From: Gammaproteobacteria bacterium
GTDB taxonomy: Bacteria > Pseudomonadota > Gammaproteobacteria > Steroidobacterales > Foliamicaceae
Assembly (NCBI GenBank): GCA_009838035.1
Contig: VXSK01000023.1
Span: forward strand, 74,581 to 138,580
Length of the DNA stretch: 64,000 bases
Reading direction: 5' to 3'
The position numbers and the translations under genes are program-made. Of this stretch, positions 35,345-44,194 are shown in pieces. A model generated the notes under the pieces. That model was given only the letters and a program-made list of their open reading frames with translations. It was not told where the DNA came from and did not search any database. The number at the start of each line of letters is the position of its first letter. Position 1 is the first letter of the stretch.

Positions 35345-36184
35345 ATGACGACCCTTTCACTGCCCGGCGGAGAAACGATCTGGTACCGGCGCTCCGGCAG
35401 CGGTGTTCCGGTACTGCACATCCATGGGTCGGCGTTCGGGCACCGCAATTTCGAGCGCCTGACGCCCTTCGTCGCCGACGACTTCGAGGTCATCGATTTC
35501 GATCTCCCCGGCTATGGCCAGAGCTCCGGCGCGCCGCGGGAGGGCGGTCTGGAAGGCGTTGCCGATCAGGTGCACGAGTTCATCGGGGCGCTGGAACTGG
35601 CGCCGGTGCACGTGCACGGGACTTCCTTCGGCGCGATGGTGGCCCTGATCCTTGCGGCGAAGTATCCGAAGTCGGTCGACCGGCTGGTGCTGAGCTGCTT
35701 TCTGGCCCGCTACGACGGCGCGGCCCGCATGATGCGCGCAACCTGGAGGCGGGCGGCGCGCGATAGCGGTATGGCGGCCGTAGCGGACCTGACCGCCGTG
35801 GCCGGTTTCGGGAGGGCGTTCTATGAGCGCCAGGAGGCCGAAGCGCAGCTCGCCTCGATGCGCGAGGCGTTCAGCCGGACCGACGTGGACGCGTTCGTGC
35901 GCGGCACGAAAACCCTGGAACAGGTGGACTTGAGTCCCTGGGCGCGCCGGATCAAAGCGCCCTCGCTATTGATCGCGGGGGAAGAGGACAACATGACGCC
36001 GTTCAGCCCGGCGGGAAGCGGGATCGGCTTTTCCTCGATTCGGCAGATGATCCCAGGCTGCGAACTGGTCGTTCTTCCCGACTGCGGCCACTACCTGGTG
36101 ATCGAACAGCCGGAAGCCACGGCGGCCCTGGTCGGGAAATTCCTTCAGGCCGTCCCCACGGTCAAACAGGGCGGTCGCCCTTGA
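35345..36184 (+). CDS. alpha/beta hydrolase
   Basis: 279-aa ORF with HGSAFG oxyanion region, nucleophile elbow HGTSFGA and a C-terminal His context (DCGHYLVIEQP). Confidence 0.8.
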   Translation: MTTLSLPGGETIWYRRSGSGVPVLHIHGSAFGHRNFERLTPFVADDFEVIDFDLPGYGQSSGAPREGGLEGVADQVHEFIGALELAPVHVHGTSFGAMVALILAAKYPKSVDRLVLSCFLARYDGAARMMRATWRRAARDSGMAAVADLTAVAGFGRAFYERQEAEAQLASMREAFSRTDVDAFVRGTKTLEQVDLSPWARRIKAPSLLIAGEEDNMTPFSPAGSGIGFSSIRQMIPGCELVVLPDCGHYLVIEQPEATAALVGKFLQAVPTVKQGGRP

Positions 36185-37031
36185 TCGTGACGCGCCGCCC
36201 CTTGCGCCGGGCGGGCCGGTAGTCCCAGATCGCCCGATGCATCGCGCAGCGGTTGTCCCAGAAGGCGACGTCGTTGCGTTCCCAGCGATACCTGATCTGA
36301 AAGTCGATGCCTTCGCAGTGATCGAAGAGGAATCCGAGCAGCGCTTCGCTCTCGGCCGCTTCGAGTTCGTTGATCCGGGTCGTGAACGTCCGGTTTACGT
36401 AAAGCGCCTTGCGGCCGGTCTCCGGGTGCGTACGGACGACGGGGTGAGTCGCGCTTGGATATTCCTTGCCGGTATCGTCCACACCGCGATCGGAGTAGCG
36501 CTCGCGGTAAACGTGTTCGGATTCGTGCAGGGCGCTCAGTCCTTCGAGAATCCGCTTCATCGGCTCCGATAGAGCGTCATAGGCCGCGTACATGTTTGCG
36601 AAGAGCGTGTCGCCGCCCACCGGAGGGAGGATGTGCAGTTGCAGGATCGTGCCGAGCGGCGGCACTTCGTCGCAGGACACGTCGGAGTGCCAGAATTCGC
36701 CGTTGGCGATCTTCGAGTCCCTGCTCACGTAGATTTCGAAGATTTCGGGATAGCCCGCCATCTGAGGGGCGGCTGGGTGCATGTGAAGCTCGCCGAACAT
36801 CCTGCCGATCCCGATTTGAGTTCGCGGGGAAATCTCCGTCTGGTCCTTGAAGAACAGCACCTGGTGCGCGAGCAGGGCCGCGCGAACCTGCTCGTACGTC
36901 GCGGGATCGAGGCCGTCCGCGAGATCGACGCCCCTGACTTCGGCGCCTAGCGCGGGCGCGTATTGCCTGATGTCGAGCGCCGGCCCGGCGCCATCTGGGG
37001 CTGTTCGCGCGTTGGAAAAGCGTTTCGGCAT
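36162..37031 (-). CDS. TauD/TfdA-family Fe(II)/2-oxoglutarate dioxygenase
   Basis: Internal ATG at 37031 (MPKRFSNART). HxD motif in FWHSDVSCD. Overall TauD-like. Confidence 0.8.
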   Translation of the reverse strand: MPKRFSNARTAPDGAGPALDIRQYAPALGAEVRGVDLADGLDPATYEQVRAALLAHQVLFFKDQTEISPRTQIGIGRMFGELHMHPAAPQMAGYPEIFEIYVSRDSKIANGEFWHSDVSCDEVPPLGTILQLHILPPVGGDTLFANMYAAYDALSEPMKRILEGLSALHESEHVYRERYSDRGVDDTGKEYPSATHPVVRTHPETGRKALYVNRTFTTRINELEAAESEALLGFLFDHCEGIDFQIRYRWERNDVAFWDNRCAMHRAIWDYRPARRKGRRVTIKGDRPV

Positions 37032-37060
37032 ATGCGATATGGTAGCTGCGCTTCGGTCCC

Positions 37061-37158
37061 GCCCTGCTGGCGCCCCCTTCTTCCTGGAGACGCCATCCTG
37101 GCTCGATTCTCGCTGTCCTTGCTCCAACGCTCCTGGAAGAAGGGGGCGCCAGCAGGGC
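37061..37158. repeat. hairpin repeat copy C: 24-bp perfect arms + 50-nt conserved core
   Basis: Arms GCCCTGCTGGCGCCCCCTTCTTCC (37061..37084) and GGAAGAAGGGGGCGCCAGCAGGGC (37135..37158) are exact reverse complements. The core is TGGAGACGCCATCCTGGCTCGATTCTCGCTGTCCTTGCTCCAACGCTCCT. Confidence 0.8.
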
Positions 37159-37227
37159 TACGGCAGTGCCAACCCTGGCCGTGGCACTTATCATGGAAAT
37201 CCTTCAGCGTGATGCCGGGGAGGACAC

Positions 37228-39219
37228 GTGAAGCCTGACAAGCAGCCCCATCCAACTCCGTCCGAACCGGAGGAGCCGGCGCGCGTCAACCGCAGGGATT
37301 TCGTTTCGTCCGCAATGGCGGCCGGGTTGGCCGCCGCGGGCGTGGGCGCCGCCGGCAAGGCGTCGGCAACGCAGGCGGCCGGCGATGCGCAGGAGCCGGG
37401 CGCGATGCCGCCCACGGCCGCGCAGGAGGCGATGGAATCCGAAATACCGGACGGCTATACGGCCGGGCAGGCGCGCGAGTATTTCGTCCGCAATCCGGGG
37501 TCCGATTTCATGCTGGACGTCATCCGGCGGCTCGGTCTCGAATACATCGCCACCAACCCGGGTTCCAGCTTCCGCGGACTGCAGGAATCCATCGTCAACT
37601 ACGGCGGCAACCAGGCGCCGGAACTGCTGACCTGCGTGCACGAGGAACAGGCGGCGGCCATGGCCCATGGCTACTACAAGGTCGGCGGAAAGCCCATGGG
37701 CGTGCTCTGCCACGGCACCGTGGGACTGCAGCACGCTTCCATGGCGGTCTATAACGCGTGGTGCGACCGGGCGCCGATGATTCTGCTCGCGGGCAACCAC
37801 CTGGAGGCGACGGATCGCCGGGCGGGCGTGGAGTGGTCGCATTCCGCGCAGGACTGCGTGCGGGTCATACGGGACTACATCAAGTGGGACGACATGCCGC
37901 TTTCCCTGCAGCACTACGCCGAGTCCATGGCCCGCGGCCTGAAGATCGCGATGACGCCGCCGGCGGGGCCGGTGGCCGTGGTGCTGGACGGGCATCTTCA
38001 GGAGGCCGAGGCGGGCGACCGGGATCTGGTCCCGACTGCCGTTTCCCTCAACCGGCCGCCCATCGGCGACGAGGGCGCGGTCGGGGAGACGGCTCGCATG
38101 CTGCTGGAAGCGGAATCGCCCGTCATCGTGGCGGACCTGATGGCCCGTGATCAGGAGGGCGTGGACCGGCTCGTCGCGCTGGCCGAGGCCCTGCAGGCGC
38201 CGGTGGTCAACCAGTTCGGGCGCATGAACTTCCCGAACACGCACTACCTCTCGCAGGGAGCGGCCGCGGTGGCCCAGGCCGACGTCGTGCTCGGACTGGA
38301 ACTCTTCGACGTCTGGGGCGTGATCAACACCGTGCGCGACCGGGTCCACCGGGACAGCGTGCGCAAGGCGCGGCCGGACGCACGCGTGATCAGCATTGGG
38401 TCCAACGACCTGTTCACCAGGTCCAACTACCAGAATTTCCAGCGTTTCTACCTTTCGGACCTCTCCATCGCCGGGGACGCGCAGGCCACGTTGCCCTTGC
38501 TGACCGATGCCGTGCTCTCGGCGATGACGCCCGCGCGGCGCGCGAGCAACGCCGCGAGGGAGGCCAGCTGGCGGGAGATCCACTCGCGCGCCCGCGGACA
38601 GGCCCTGGACGACGCGCGCTACGGATGGAACGCGGTTCCGGTGAGCACGGCCCGCCTCTACGCCGAACTGTGGCAGGTGGTCAAGGACCGGGACTGGGCG
38701 CTGGTCTCGGACGACGGCGCGCAGAGCCGATGGGCCCGCCGGCTGTGGCCCATCGAAAGGCACTATCAGTACATCGGCCGCTCGGGCGGGGCCGGTCTCG
38801 GCTACGGCGCTCCGGCGGCCGTAGGCGCGGCGCTGGCCCACCGCCCCCAAGGACGGTTCGCGGTCAACGTGCAGAAGGACGGCGACATGATGTACACGCC
38901 GGGCGCGTTCTGGACCGCCGCCTATCACGGCATTCCGCTGTTGACGGTGACCCACAACAACCAGGGCTACCACCAGGAATACATGCACCTGCAGCGCATG
39001 GCGGCGCGGCGCCAGCGCGGAATCGAAAGCAGTTGGCGGGTCGGCAACGAATTGCGCAATCCCGACATCGACCTGGCCGGCATTGCCCGCGCCACGGGCG
39101 TGTGGGCCGAGGGGCCGATTCTGGATCCGGCCGATCTGGGCCCGGCCCTGGCCCGCGCCGCGGAAGTCGTCGATGGCGGAGAGCCGGCATTCGTGGACGT
39201 TCGCTGTCAGCCGAGATGA
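37228..39219 (+). CDS. thiamine diphosphate-dependent enzyme (ALS/pyruvate oxidase superfamily) with twin-arginine signal
   Basis: GTG start with RBS GGGGAGGA. Tat motif NRRDFVSSAMAAGLAAAGVGAAGKASA. Pyr-domain Glu context VHEEQAAAMAHGYY. ThDP-binding motif KDGDMMY...THNNQGY. Confidence 0.8.
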   Translation: MKPDKQPHPTPSEPEEPARVNRRDFVSSAMAAGLAAAGVGAAGKASATQAAGDAQEPGAMPPTAAQEAMESEIPDGYTAGQAREYFVRNPGSDFMLDVIRRLGLEYIATNPGSSFRGLQESIVNYGGNQAPELLTCVHEEQAAAMAHGYYKVGGKPMGVLCHGTVGLQHASMAVYNAWCDRAPMILLAGNHLEATDRRAGVEWSHSAQDCVRVIRDYIKWDDMPLSLQHYAESMARGLKIAMTPPAGPVAVVLDGHLQEAEAGDRDLVPTAVSLNRPPIGDEGAVGETARMLLEAESPVIVADLMARDQEGVDRLVALAEALQAPVVNQFGRMNFPNTHYLSQGAAAVAQADVVLGLELFDVWGVINTVRDRVHRDSVRKARPDARVISIGSNDLFTRSNYQNFQRFYLSDLSIAGDAQATLPLLTDAVLSAMTPARRASNAAREASWREIHSRARGQALDDARYGWNAVPVSTARLYAELWQVVKDRDWALVSDDGAQSRWARRLWPIERHYQYIGRSGGAGLGYGAPAAVGAALAHRPQGRFAVNVQKDGDMMYTPGAFWTAAYHGIPLLTVTHNNQGYHQEYMHLQRMAARRQRGIESSWRVGNELRNPDIDLAGIARATGVWAEGPILDPADLGPALARAAEVVDGGEPAFVDVRCQPR

Positions 39220-39590
39220 GCGCGCGTTCGCGGATCCCCCTGCCGCCGGGCATTGCCGCCCCGGTGTTGCTGCTGTTGACTCTGGGCGCCACGCCTGCGT
39301 GGCCTGACGAACCCGGCGACGAGGCCAAGGAAGGCCTTGAGCTGTATATCAGCCAGCAGTGTTGGCAGTGCCACGGCTATGAAGGACAGGGAGGCGTGGC
39401 CGGCGTCCGTATTGCCCGGACCGTCCTGCCTTTTGAAGCGTTTGCGCGGCTGGTCCGGTTCACGAACCTGATGCCGGCCTATTCGCCGAAGGTGCTCAGC
39501 GACGATCAGCTCCGGCAGATCTACGACTATGTGCGTTCCATTCCGGAGCCGCCGCCGCTGGAAGAGATCCCGGAACTGGATTTCGACTAG
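39216..39590 (+). CDS. mono-haem c-type cytochrome (periplasmic)
   Basis: 124-aa product whose ATG overlaps the upstream stop (ATGA). Signal peptide. Single CWQCH haem-binding motif. Confidence 0.8.
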   Translation: MSARSRIPLPPGIAAPVLLLLTLGATPAWPDEPGDEAKEGLELYISQQCWQCHGYEGQGGVAGVRIARTVLPFEAFARLVRFTNLMPAYSPKVLSDDQLRQIYDYVRSIPEPPPLEEIPELDFD

Positions 39591-40747
39591 ATCGCGCAGC
39601 TCGTCGCGTCGAATCCATAGACCCACTCGGTGCTGGCGGCGCGCTGCCGTTTCTTGTCCCCCGTCAGGCGCTGGTACAGGTTCGTCTGCGCCCTGGACTG
39701 CAGGATGACGCGCGCCGTGCGTTCGCGGCGCACCGCCTGGTAGCGCGACAAGGCCACGTCCAGGTCGTCGAAGGCTTCAATGCACCGCGCCAGGATCGCG
39801 GCATCCTCGACCGCCATGGCCGAGCCCTGCGCCATGAAGGGCAGCATGGGATGGGCCGCGTCGCCCAGCAGCGCCACGCGTCCGTAAACCCATTGCTCCA
39901 GCGGGTCCCGGTCGAACAAGCCCCACTTGTAGAGCGCGCCCGCGGGAGTCGCCGACAGCAGTGACTGCACATCCTCATGCCAGCCGGCGAATTCCTTCTG
40001 CACTTCTTCGAGTGGCGCGGGCCGGTTCCAGCCCTCCTCCACCCATTCCCGCTGGGCGGCGATGGCCACGTAGTTCACCAGCGAACCGCCGCGCAGCACG
40101 TATTGCACGATATGCCGGTCCTCGCCGATCCACACGACCGACGCCCGGTCGGTTACGCGCTCCGGCAAGCCCCCCGCGGGGACCAGTGCGCGCCACGCGA
40201 CCTGCCCGCGGAACCGCGCCTCTGCGCGTTCGACAAGCTGGCCGCGCACGGTCGAACGCACGCCGTCGCATGCCACCAGCAGGTCGCCCTCCGCCGACGC
40301 GCCGTTGACGAACCGCACGGTGACGCTTGAGCCGTCCTGAGCGCTGCCCGTTGCCCGGTGTCCGGCGTAAAGGTCCGTGCCGCCCTGGTTCCTCACGGCG
40401 GAGAGCAGCGCGTCCAGCAGATCGCTGCGGTGAATGTGCAGCCAGGGAGCGCCGTGGGTCGATTCCATGACGTCCGCCAACGGTGCGTCGCCCATCAGCG
40501 CCGCGTCGTCGAAACGCCGGTAGCGGGAGGCAGGCGGACGCATGCCGCTGCGGTCCAGCGGCGCCCCAAGACCGAAATGCCTCAGCACGCGGGTGGCGTT
40601 GGGCGTCAGCATGATGCCCGCGCCGATCTCGCCGAATGCGGGGGCCTGCTCGTAGAGCTGCACGGAATGGCCGGCGCGGGACAGCGCCAGCGCGCAGGTC
40701 AGTCCCCCGATCCCTCCGCCCACGATAAGGACGCGCTGCGCCTGCAC
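39587..40747 (-). CDS. FAD-dependent aromatic-ring monooxygenase (salicylate/3-hydroxybenzoate hydroxylase-like)
   Basis: 386-aa ORF with VLIVGGGIGGLTCALAL (GxGxxG) and the LLGDAAHPMLPFMAQG motif. Confidence 0.85.
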   Translation of the reverse strand: MQAQRVLIVGGGIGGLTCALALSRAGHSVQLYEQAPAFGEIGAGIMLTPNATRVLRHFGLGAPLDRSGMRPPASRYRRFDDAALMGDAPLADVMESTHGAPWLHIHRSDLLDALLSAVRNQGGTDLYAGHRATGSAQDGSSVTVRFVNGASAEGDLLVACDGVRSTVRGQLVERAEARFRGQVAWRALVPAGGLPERVTDRASVVWIGEDRHIVQYVLRGGSLVNYVAIAAQREWVEEGWNRPAPLEEVQKEFAGWHEDVQSLLSATPAGALYKWGLFDRDPLEQWVYGRVALLGDAAHPMLPFMAQGSAMAVEDAAILARCIEAFDDLDVALSRYQAVRRERTARVILQSRAQTNLYQRLTGDKKRQRAASTEWVYGFDATSCAI

Positions 40748-40765
40748 GTTCGAACCCGTACGCCG

Positions 40766-41659
40766 TCAGGCTTTCAGCAGGAAATCGGCGATCGCCGCCT
40801 GAATCCTGTGCCGGGCCGGCTGCAGATGCGCGTAGTCCCCTCCGCCAGGGACCACGACCAGGGCCTTGTCCTCTGTCGGCAGCCGCTCGAAGTACTCGGC
40901 CCGCTGGATTCCGCCGTGCATGTAGGCGGCCTTGCCCGCGCCGCTGCCGTAGATCATCAGCACCGGGCAAGGCAGCGCCTCGGGGTCGGCCGGAATGCTG
41001 CCCCGCGCGTTCTCGCGCCGGATGCCGTTGGGCGAGCGCGGCTCATGCTCGACGACCCAGTCCGCCAGCGCACGGCGCATCTCCTCGGCCCCGTACTGCG
41101 CTTCGCGTTCGAAAAAGTACTCCCAGCCGCCGCTCCACCAGGGCTCTTCCGGCTCGAACGGAATCAGGTTGCCTCCGCCCAGCGCCGGGTCGAGCAGCAC
41201 CATGCGCGCCACCCGGTCCGGGTGCTGTTCGCCGTAGCGGGCCACGATGCGCCCGCCCCAGGACCAGCCCAGAAGGTGCGGCTGCGGGTGGCCCCCTGCC
41301 GCCAGCCAGTCCATGACGCTCGCCAGATCCTCGATCGCCACGTCCGTATCGACGGTGAGCGGATCGTCGGGAGCATCGGACCGGCCATATCCGCGCAGCG
41401 AAAACGTCACGGCAGCCAGGCCCCGCTCCACCAGGGCGTCCATCAGCGAGTAGTCCTCGCCGCCCGGAAAGCCGAAGTCGAAACCCGCCTGGCCGGTCAA
41501 GTTGGCGCCCTGCACCAGCACCACGACGTCGGCGCAACCGGGCGCAAGACCCTTGCTGCGGGTCGCGAGTTTCCCGGCCGGCCCCGGCACAAAGAAGTCA
41601 AAGCCTTCAGTCACGGCTTCCCCTGCACGGCGAGCCCGCATGATACATTCGCACTCCAC
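40766..41659 (-). CDS. alpha/beta hydrolase
   Basis: 297-aa ORF with nucleophile elbow GWSWGG. The start could instead be the ATG at 41641. Confidence 0.75.
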   Translation of the reverse strand: MECECIMRARRAGEAVTEGFDFFVPGPAGKLATRSKGLAPGCADVVVLVQGANLTGQAGFDFGFPGGEDYSLMDALVERGLAAVTFSLRGYGRSDAPDDPLTVDTDVAIEDLASVMDWLAAGGHPQPHLLGWSWGGRIVARYGEQHPDRVARMVLLDPALGGGNLIPFEPEEPWWSGGWEYFFEREAQYGAEEMRRALADWVVEHEPRSPNGIRRENARGSIPADPEALPCPVLMIYGSGAGKAAYMHGGIQRAEYFERLPTEDKALVVVPGGGDYAHLQPARHRIQAAIADFLLKA

Positions 41660-41680
41660 TCAGGCGCCGGGGGGCGGCAG

Positions 41681-42766
41681 ATGAACAGGAGAGACGTTTT
41701 GCAGGCATCGGCCATGGCAGTTTCGGCGGGGATTATTGGCGGCACGGCAACCGGAAAGACTTCCGCGAACGAGGCTGTGGAGGCGGCGCCTCGCACCCGG
41801 TCCGGGATGACGCTTACGCCGCCGGAAGAGTCCAATCCCCTGGAAGCGAAGATCGTGGTTTTCACGACGGTGTCGCCGGACGTGGACGCCAGCATCCGCT
41901 TCTACACCGAAGTGATGGGCATGAGCCTCGCCGACGAGGGCGCGCTGCCGGCGGATGCCACGACCGCCCCCGGCGTCGGCAAAGCCGGAAGGCGCTATGC
42001 GACGCTGCACATGCCGGAGCCCTCCCGTAGCGCACAGGTACGAGTGCTCGAAGCGCCGCAGGGGGCCGGGGCCAACCGCCCGCGGCCCGACTCCGGCCCC
42101 TGGGACCCAGGGCTGCTGGTCATGGAAGGCGGGACACGGGACCCGGCCGAGTCCTACCATCGCCTCGCGTCGGCGAACACCCCGGTGATCTCGCCGCCGC
42201 GTTACTACTATTTCCGCAACACGACCTGGCGACGCGACGTGGACGTGATGAGTTACGCGGCTTTCGGGCCAGGCGGAGAGCAAATGTTCATTACCGCAAA
42301 TGTGCGCGGCGACCGGCCGGATTGGACGTTGCCGGGGCTGCATTCCGGGTTTCACAACGCCGCCATCACCAGTCTCGACCAGCGCCCGGTGGACGCGTTC
42401 TTCGAGCAGGCGCTGGGACTCAAGCGCAGCTCGCAGCTCGAATGTTTCCAGCGCAACGCCAACGAACTGATAGGGGCGCCGAACGACAGTTACTTCCTGT
42501 GGGGCAACGTGGGCAGCGGGGTCAGCATCGAGGTGTGGGAATTCAAGGCGGACAGCGGCACCGTGTATCCGACCTCGCTGGACCGGACCGGACTGGCGAT
42601 GCTCACGATCCGCGTCAACGACCTCGACAAGTGCCGCGCGCAGTGCGACTCCAACGGTATAAAGCCCGTGGGCGAAGGCGCCCTGCCCATGCACGGCAAT
42701 CCGGAACCGGACGGCTTCACGCTACGCGGCGCGGTCGGCGAACTCATTGAAGTGATTGCTGCCTAG
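41681..42766 (+). CDS. two-domain VOC (glyoxalase/extradiol dioxygenase-like) protein with twin-arginine signal
   Basis: ATG at 41681. Tat motif MNRRDVLQASAMAVSAGIIGG. Two VOC-like domain starts (DASIRFYTEVMGM; VDAFFEQALGLK). The family assignment is pattern-based only. Confidence 0.65.
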   Translation: MNRRDVLQASAMAVSAGIIGGTATGKTSANEAVEAAPRTRSGMTLTPPEESNPLEAKIVVFTTVSPDVDASIRFYTEVMGMSLADEGALPADATTAPGVGKAGRRYATLHMPEPSRSAQVRVLEAPQGAGANRPRPDSGPWDPGLLVMEGGTRDPAESYHRLASANTPVISPPRYYYFRNTTWRRDVDVMSYAAFGPGGEQMFITANVRGDRPDWTLPGLHSGFHNAAITSLDQRPVDAFFEQALGLKRSSQLECFQRNANELIGAPNDSYFLWGNVGSGVSIEVWEFKADSGTVYPTSLDRTGLAMLTIRVNDLDKCRAQCDSNGIKPVGEGALPMHGNPEPDGFTLRGAVGELIEVIAA

Positions 42767-42778
42767 CCGGCGGATTCC

Positions 42779-44098
42779 ATGACGGATTCCGCATCCAGGG
42801 CCACCAGGCCTTTTGCCGCGACGGTCCTGTATCGTCGCTACGTGCTCGGGTTGTTGCTGGTCGTAATGACCCTCAACTACGCCGACCGCTATGTGATCGG
42901 CATCCTGATGCCGCAGATCAAGTCCGACCTTGGGCTGAGCGACACCCAGATCGGGTTCATAACCGGAGCGGCTTTCACGCTTTTCTACGCGCTGCTCGGC
43001 GTGCCGATCGCCCGCCTCGCGGACCGCCGCTCACGCCGCAGGATCATCGCCGCGGCGCTGGCGCTCTGGAGCCTGATGACCTGCCTGTGCGGGCTGGCCC
43101 GGTCGTTCGTCCAACTGGCGATATTCCGGGTACTCGTCGGGATCGGCGAGGCGGGCTGCACACCGCCCTCGCATTCCCTGATATCGGACTACTTTTCTCC
43201 CAAAGAGCGCGCCATGGCCATGGCCGTGCTCGGCCTGGGCTCGTCCCTGGGCGTGTTCCTGGCTTTCCTGGTCGGCGGCTGGATCACCGACGCCTACGGC
43301 TGGCGGGTCACGCTCGTGACCTTCGGCGCGCCGGGCGTGCTGATCGCGCTCGTGGTTCATTTCACGCTGCGCGACCCGCCGCGCGGCCACAGCGAAGGCC
43401 TCGAGGTCGCCGAAAAGGCGCCGCGCATGTACCCGGCATTCCGCAGCCTGTTGACCAAGAGAACATTCAACTACATGGTCCTGGGCGGCAGCATGTACGG
43501 CATGGTCAGCACCGCCCTGCTGGCCTGGCTGCCGTCCTTCTATACCCGCACCCACGGACTGGAAATCGCCACCGTCGGCACCTGGCTGGCCTTCACCAAG
43601 GCCCTGCCGCACGCCGCCGGCACGCTGCTCGGCGGACTGCTGGCCAGCCGGCTCGCGAAGTACGGAGAGAAGCCGCCCATCTATCTCTGCGCGGGCGTGC
43701 AGGTCCTGGCCGCGCCCTTCTACGCCCTGGTACTGCTTGTCCCCGATCCCACGGCGGCTCTGCTGTGGCTCATCGTGCCGGCCTGCGTGGGTGTGATGCA
43801 GGGGCCGGTGCTGTTCGCCACCATCCAGGGCGTCGCCGACGTCCGCACCCGCGCCGTCGCCTCGGCGCTCATGATCCTGATCATCAACCTGATCGCCGGC
43901 ATCATCGGCCCGCAGTCGGTCGGCGTGGCCAGCGATTTCCTGGCGGGTACGCTGGGCGCGGATTCGTTGGGCGTGTCGCTGCTGATCGTGTCCGTGACGT
44001 GCAGCCTCGGCTCCGCCGCCTTGTTCTACCTCGCCTCCCGCAGCATCGAACACGACCTCGTGCTGCCGGGTAGCGCGGTCAAGTCAGCCGAGGTCTGA
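42779..44098 (+). CDS. MFS transporter
   Basis: 439-aa polytopic ORF with the MFS loop motif (ARLADRRSRRRI). Confidence 0.85.
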   Translation: MTDSASRATRPFAATVLYRRYVLGLLLVVMTLNYADRYVIGILMPQIKSDLGLSDTQIGFITGAAFTLFYALLGVPIARLADRRSRRRIIAAALALWSLMTCLCGLARSFVQLAIFRVLVGIGEAGCTPPSHSLISDYFSPKERAMAMAVLGLGSSLGVFLAFLVGGWITDAYGWRVTLVTFGAPGVLIALVVHFTLRDPPRGHSEGLEVAEKAPRMYPAFRSLLTKRTFNYMVLGGSMYGMVSTALLAWLPSFYTRTHGLEIATVGTWLAFTKALPHAAGTLLGGLLASRLAKYGEKPPIYLCAGVQVLAAPFYALVLLVPDPTAALLWLIVPACVGVMQGPVLFATIQGVADVRTRAVASALMILIINLIAGIIGPQSVGVASDFLAGTLGADSLGVSLLIVSVTCSLGSAALFYLASRSIEHDLVLPGSAVKSAEV

Positions 44099-44194
44099 TC
44101 CGCCGGTGGCAGTAGCCACTGCGGAAGTTCTGTGGAAACATAGACGCGGCCCGGTCCAGGCATCGGGCGCGAAGCGGGAAAACGGGAATCAAAC

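Noticed and set aside
37172-37200. A sigma-54 promoter (GTGGCACTTATCATGGAAA) upstream of the ThDP-enzyme gene.
   Set aside because: The -24 TGGCAC element is present, but the -12 element at the required spacing reads ATGG instead of TTGC. No enhancer-binding protein gene is nearby.
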